Below are positions 59,301 to 64,000 of a DNA stretch of 64,000 bases, piece after piece. Both the position numbers and the translations under genes were made by a program. Position 1 is the first letter of the stretch. Each line of letters opens with the position of its first letter. The stretch is taken from the NCBI GenBank assembly GCA_030704615.1, contig CM060731.1:77748001-77812000 (forward strand). Direction: 5' to 3'. A model generated the notes under the pieces. The model was not told where the DNA came from, did no database searches, and saw only the letters and a list, made by a program, of their open reading frames with translations. The DNA is from Takakia lepidozioides. Its lineage: Eukaryota > Plantae > Bryophyta.

Positions 59301-61517
59301 TTGGCTAATTGCAAAGCCGCTTCTGTACTCTCCAAGTCTTGCTGCATCTTGAGAGTGACCTCTTTATCGACCTTGTTTGCACACTCAGTGGCAAGTCGAG
59401 CCTCAAACTCCTTCCTGAGTTCCTCCCTCAAAGCTGCCAATTGGGTAGTTGGAACATGGGATTTGACATAAGTCCCCAACAAATTAAGTGTCCTGCTTAT
59501 GGAACTCATAAGCATGGCCTGTTGAGGGTCATCATGGTGAGCTTGCTGCTGTTCTCCCTGATCCTCAACAGTGTGATGCCTCACGAACCACTCAGACCAT
59601 TGCCCCACCAGATTTTCTTCCTGAACCATTTCATCCGTCACCGGTGCTGCTGTGTCTTGACATTCTACCTGTGGTACCTCCGTCACAGGTGTGTGCATTA
59701 TATGCACCGCAGGGTTTCTCCTGTACAACTGTTGCACCTCCGGAATCACTGTGTCCTTGACCAGACCAGAATATTCATAGAGAAGGTCTCCCTTCTCAAT
59801 TTCTGCCACCACCTATTCTGTAGTGGGAATATCTAACCCTTCTTTCTCCAAATCAATTATTTCTGGTGGAACTGCATGGACAACTTGTGGTAACTCTGTG
59901 ACAAGCCGATCATCTGGCTGTGATGGTTGTGATACTGAAGTAACTTCCTCTTCCCTCTCTGAAGGTCCCGCTTCCAATAATAGCAGTTCTCTGTGCTGCT
60001 GTGCCCCTTCCTGCACAAGAGCTTGGGAAACATTATCATGCGGTTTCCGTGAAACCAGTGGATCCACCACTACAGTCTTTCCCCGCCTCGGTCTCTTAGT
60101 CTGGGGTTGCCCTGCCAGTCCACCCTCACTGTGTGAAGAGCCTTGCTCTTCCATTGCAGTGGTTTCAGTCTCAAACACTCCCATCTCCTTTCTTTCTCGA
60201 GCATCAAGTATGCCAGAATCAAGAATTATTTGAGCAATGATTGGGCCAGACACTATGATAGGAGACTTTGCGGCAAAGCCCTGTAATCTTTTCATCTCCT
60301 CTACCAGTGCGTTGTACATTATGTCCACCCATTCTACCTCTTCTCCTCTCAGGGCTTTGAGTATTTCCTCTGTGAAGGATCTGCTCAAATACTATTGGTT
60401 CTGTTTCATGGCAAACAGAACGTTCAATACCTGGCCTACCTCCCTTAGCCCTGGGTACACGGCCTTGGTACAAGCATAACCCCGAGTTTTAAAGAAACTC
60501 CCTTCTTGGAATAAGTCCCCTATTTACAGTCTTGCCCTGTGCTCCTCCACATGCACCTGACCTGCTGGCAATCGAAACAATTGCTGTAGGTATAGGGGAG
60601 TAATTTCTAATTCAACTCCCTTCACCGTTGTTGCTCCTGTCCTAGGCTCAAAGTTCTGCAAGAATTGTAACATGTACTGTCTATGGTGCAATGTCCAATC
60701 TTTGCTTTGCAATCCTTTCAATCGCAGCTCCTTCAGTAACTTTACCGCCTGTGGAGTAGCAATCGTTTGTTTCTGCAGGATTGTGGTGCTCTTCACCCTG
60801 ATTTCTTCCATTCCTCTCACTCTCTTCATTCTAGACCCACAGAAAGGTTTTGGCTGTAACAATTGAAGAAATGCCTGCAGGGCACAAAGCATAAACGTAT
60901 GGTTGTCACAAAAAACTATGGGTAATTTCTTGTAAGCCTGCGGGGCTTGCAAGCATCGATTAAGAGAAAAGATTCGCTATGTTCTTCCGTCCCTATGCCA
61001 CTGCGTAAGTAATATTGCGAGCGTATAGTTTGTTAGTTCCTCCATAGCTTCAAAGCTATAGCATTGATGGTTTGTCTCGTCGAGACGCCCGTTACTTAGA
61101 ACGACGCCGACTCTTGCGCTTAAATTCCCTCCAATTTCTTGATCCCTTTTCTTGCTTTCGATTGGCTGTAACCGCTGTGACTGGATTTTAGATTTAATTT
61201 TCTTTAGTGGACTTTCCCTGCTAGACTGTCCACTAGGATAACACATGTGACAAGAATTTCGCTTTTCTGTACTTGCCGTTTGTTCTGTTGCCCCTTTTCC
61301 GTATTCATTAATGGGCCCGCCATTCATCCGAATTGACGTGCTAATTAGGTATTTTGACGGCCATTCTTGTCCTCTTTCTTGATGACATCTGTTCTTGCAC
61401 TTCCTTCTCAGCTGTGTGTTGCGCCCTGACTTCCACGTGTCCCTTTCTAAACTGGCTTCCGTCCTTTCTTCCGCCGGCCATGTCCCTGAAGTTATCCTGC
61501 GTCCACCTGTCACTGAT
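56313..61517 (-). mobile_element. 5'-truncated second copy of the 13.2 kb Ty3 family: 3' ORF, PPT and 3' LTR (56313-57289)
   Basis: Reverse complement of ~50408-55679; homology ends abruptly at ~61517. Confidence 0.95.
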
Positions 61518-61519
61518 GA

Positions 61520-64000
61520 GGATATAAAAACATCGAAGAATTCCTTACATTCAAGTTTGTTTGTTGGGGGAAACTCACATTTTTTAAGAACTCCATGAGC
61601 TCTTTCAAGGTCGCATCAGGAGATGTACTTGAGGCCTCCACCATATCAATGAAATGAGTAGGCATGATCTTCATGCGATACATGCTAGGTGCACCACCAG
61701 AAAATGACACTGCACTGTAAGGATGTTCGCCTGCCTTTGGCTTGTTTCCTCAAGTAGTAGGTGCATGCACTACAACCAATTGATTTGAAGGATGTGATGA
61801 ACTACCAATAGGACCAGCAATAGAAGCCACACCTGCATTGGGGGCCACACCTGCATTGACATCCGCACCTTTTCTTTTTCGTGATTTGCGTTTTGGTACA
61901 CCCACAACAGCAGGGACCACTTGGGCTACAGCGTCAGCGGCCTGTGTAGCAATCTGTTCTGCATGCTCCAGATCAAGAACATGGACTTCAGTGGAGATAC
62001 CCCCTTCATCACTCACTGACTGCCTGCGAACACATTCCTTATGAAGTCCCATTTCTGCATAGGGGATAGTACCCTTGGGCATATCCAAATACCAACCCCC
62101 CCTTCCCGGTGTTCCACACCCCAATCTTCCTCAATTGCAGGTGTGTACATGGAAGCTTGTTGAGCACCAAACTTCCAGGCCATCAGAAACTTGGGCTCAG
62201 CCTTAAGTCGATCACTCGGTACAAGCACAAATCTCATGTACCTAAAATACAAACACATTCAAAGTTATTGTGGAGACAAATATTTATGCAACCTGTTCAA
62301 CAATTGAACAAGCACATTAAGAAACATGTATATCCCAATGTACTAGAAAAATACTTGAAGCATAGACATTTTTGACTTACAAGGTGTATACACTATCCAT
62401 GTACAATGCAATGGAAAGATGGTACCTGAATAAAATCCGTCTCACCACCTTCTCCCCACCTGTTTGTTGTTCCCAATCATTGCCTCTGAATGGCCCCTTT
62501 GGCAATGAGAACTCTCTATGAAACAACTCATTGAAATGAGTCATCTTCCATGTATCCATGTAGTCTCCCAGACTCTCACTCTCTCCTTCCTCCAAGGCAA
62601 CATGAAATTGGCCAAGCTGAGTGGTGTACAAGGCAAACTGAGCCAAGGCAACCTTGCGAAGCTGCCAGAAAATACAGTCAGTTAAATAACTATGTTAATG
62701 TATCATCAACAAAATGAATTAATTGCATTGAGAAGATAGTGATTATATATGTACCTGCCACCAAAAAGTCCTTCTATTCAGCCAAGGATCAAGTGTTGGC
62801 CCACTGATAGGCCCGGGTGGAAAAAAATTACGGTCGTGAAGTGTTTGGTCTCCATTCCATATATGTAGCCATTCCACCTTTTCTTCAGGATCCACCCGGG
62901 CGGTAGCAATGTTCACCATTTTATCTTGGGTCATTTCCTCTGATCCTGCCTTTACACGTGACCAATGCAGTTTAAGTTCTTGGAGAAACCCCTCTCCAAG
63001 GGTTGGATCAGCAATAGGAAGCAACTTCACAAGCTGACTCTTGTGTTGCTCCCTTGCTTTCAATCCAGCCTGTCTCATTGTATCTTCAAGGCCCTCTTGA
63101 CTCTTTGGCCCCTCAGCAAGTTTGTAAGCTTCCCCCGCCATGCGTTGAGCCTCAACAATATCATGCTGCCAAAAGAACCAAAACAGTTCATAACATGAAC
63201 CAGAGGTGAATCTTGTCTATGGATGCAAAGAATGAAACTTGGTTAAGACATGATGTTACCTTGTACAAAATCTTTGTCATTGCATGGACTGTTAGGTTAT
63301 ACCAAGTCTTTCCTGCTTTCTTGATGCATTCGTCGTATTGCTCTTTCCTCAATACATTCTTCCATTCAAAGACAGATGTAAGGCCAATCATATTGACCTT
63401 GCAAACCAAGTGCACAAATTTGGATGTAACATGTGCCCTCTCTGTTGCCCTGCACATATAAAATATGATCATTAGAAAGAAGATGTGTATATGTACATCC
63501 ATTGAGCAAGAACATGACAACATTGAACATGAAAGTAAATGAAGAATAGAAAGGAAACTCACACATTCACTCCATCCATGATGGACCTGAGGGAACCACG
63601 ATTTTCAATGTCCGCATTGAGCACCCAACTTGTCACACAGACATGTCTTGACAAGTTGGCCCCATGAACTTCATTGATATAGGGATACCATGCTTGAAGC
63701 CTATGATTCCCATCCCAGACATGAAACATCTTCCCCCGAAGATGATGCAACTTTGGCTTGGACTCAAGATACTTCTCAAACTCATCATTGACTGTTTTCC
63801 AATGACTATCCCATGTAGAGATGATAGCAGGACCTACATCTATAGTAGATCCATCAATCCCCTCAACAGAAACATAGAACACGGCTGCTCCTGGATGGTA
63901 TCCACAATAGAAGTCTCCTCTAAGCTTTAGGATGTCGTTGGCAAGGGCGGGCCTAACAACCTGCATAGAAATCATGCGACACAATGGAATGTCCATAACT
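61520..64000 (-). CDS. Spliced gene with an N-terminal ParB/Srx-like domain; 5' end outside the window, 3' end cut by the Ty3 copy; probably transposon-borne
   Basis: Exons >64000-63563, 63449-63260, 63165-62755, 62661-62381 and 62241-on join in phase at GT-AG sites. DIPLCRMISMQVVRPA..ILKL..FYVSV..FHVWDGNHRLQAW. Probable frameshift near 62120. Confidence 0.7.

Overview
Repeat-dense nuclear DNA from a land plant, probably a non-seed lineage (inference from a PLS-class PPR, a half-tRNA-primed Copia, a Phygy/Selgy/Athila-like Ty3 and algal-type retroelements). Host content is small: one intact 4-exon class III peroxidase (8670-10571 +), the last two exons of a second, convergent peroxidase (17720-18545 -), and pseudogene fragments of MIRO GTPase, a PLS-PPR and ribosomal protein eS1/RPS3a (two copies). 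The rest is nested transposons: (1) a split Dualen/RandI-like LINE with RT, chromodomain, PCIF1-like adenine-methyltransferase fold, RNase H, CCHC and RLE; one ~3.6 kb inversion would rejoin it and also restore MIRO exon order; (2) an internally deleted chromoviral Ty3 with both LTRs and TSD; (3) a truncated Copia; (4) a Ty3 with a complete DNMT3-like cytosine methyltransferase between protease and RT and a PHD finger after integrase; (5) three CACTA termini, one element with a TnpA-like gene containing an FCP1/NIF phosphatase domain; (6) a full 13.2 kb non-chromoviral Ty3 with extra 5' and 3' ORFs, plus a tail-to-tail truncated copy; (7) a spliced gene with a ParB/Srx-like DGNHR domain at the right edge. 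The most notable theme is several unrelated TEs carrying methyltransferase, histone-reader or phosphatase cargo. All domain calls are by-eye motif recognition; no searches were run.
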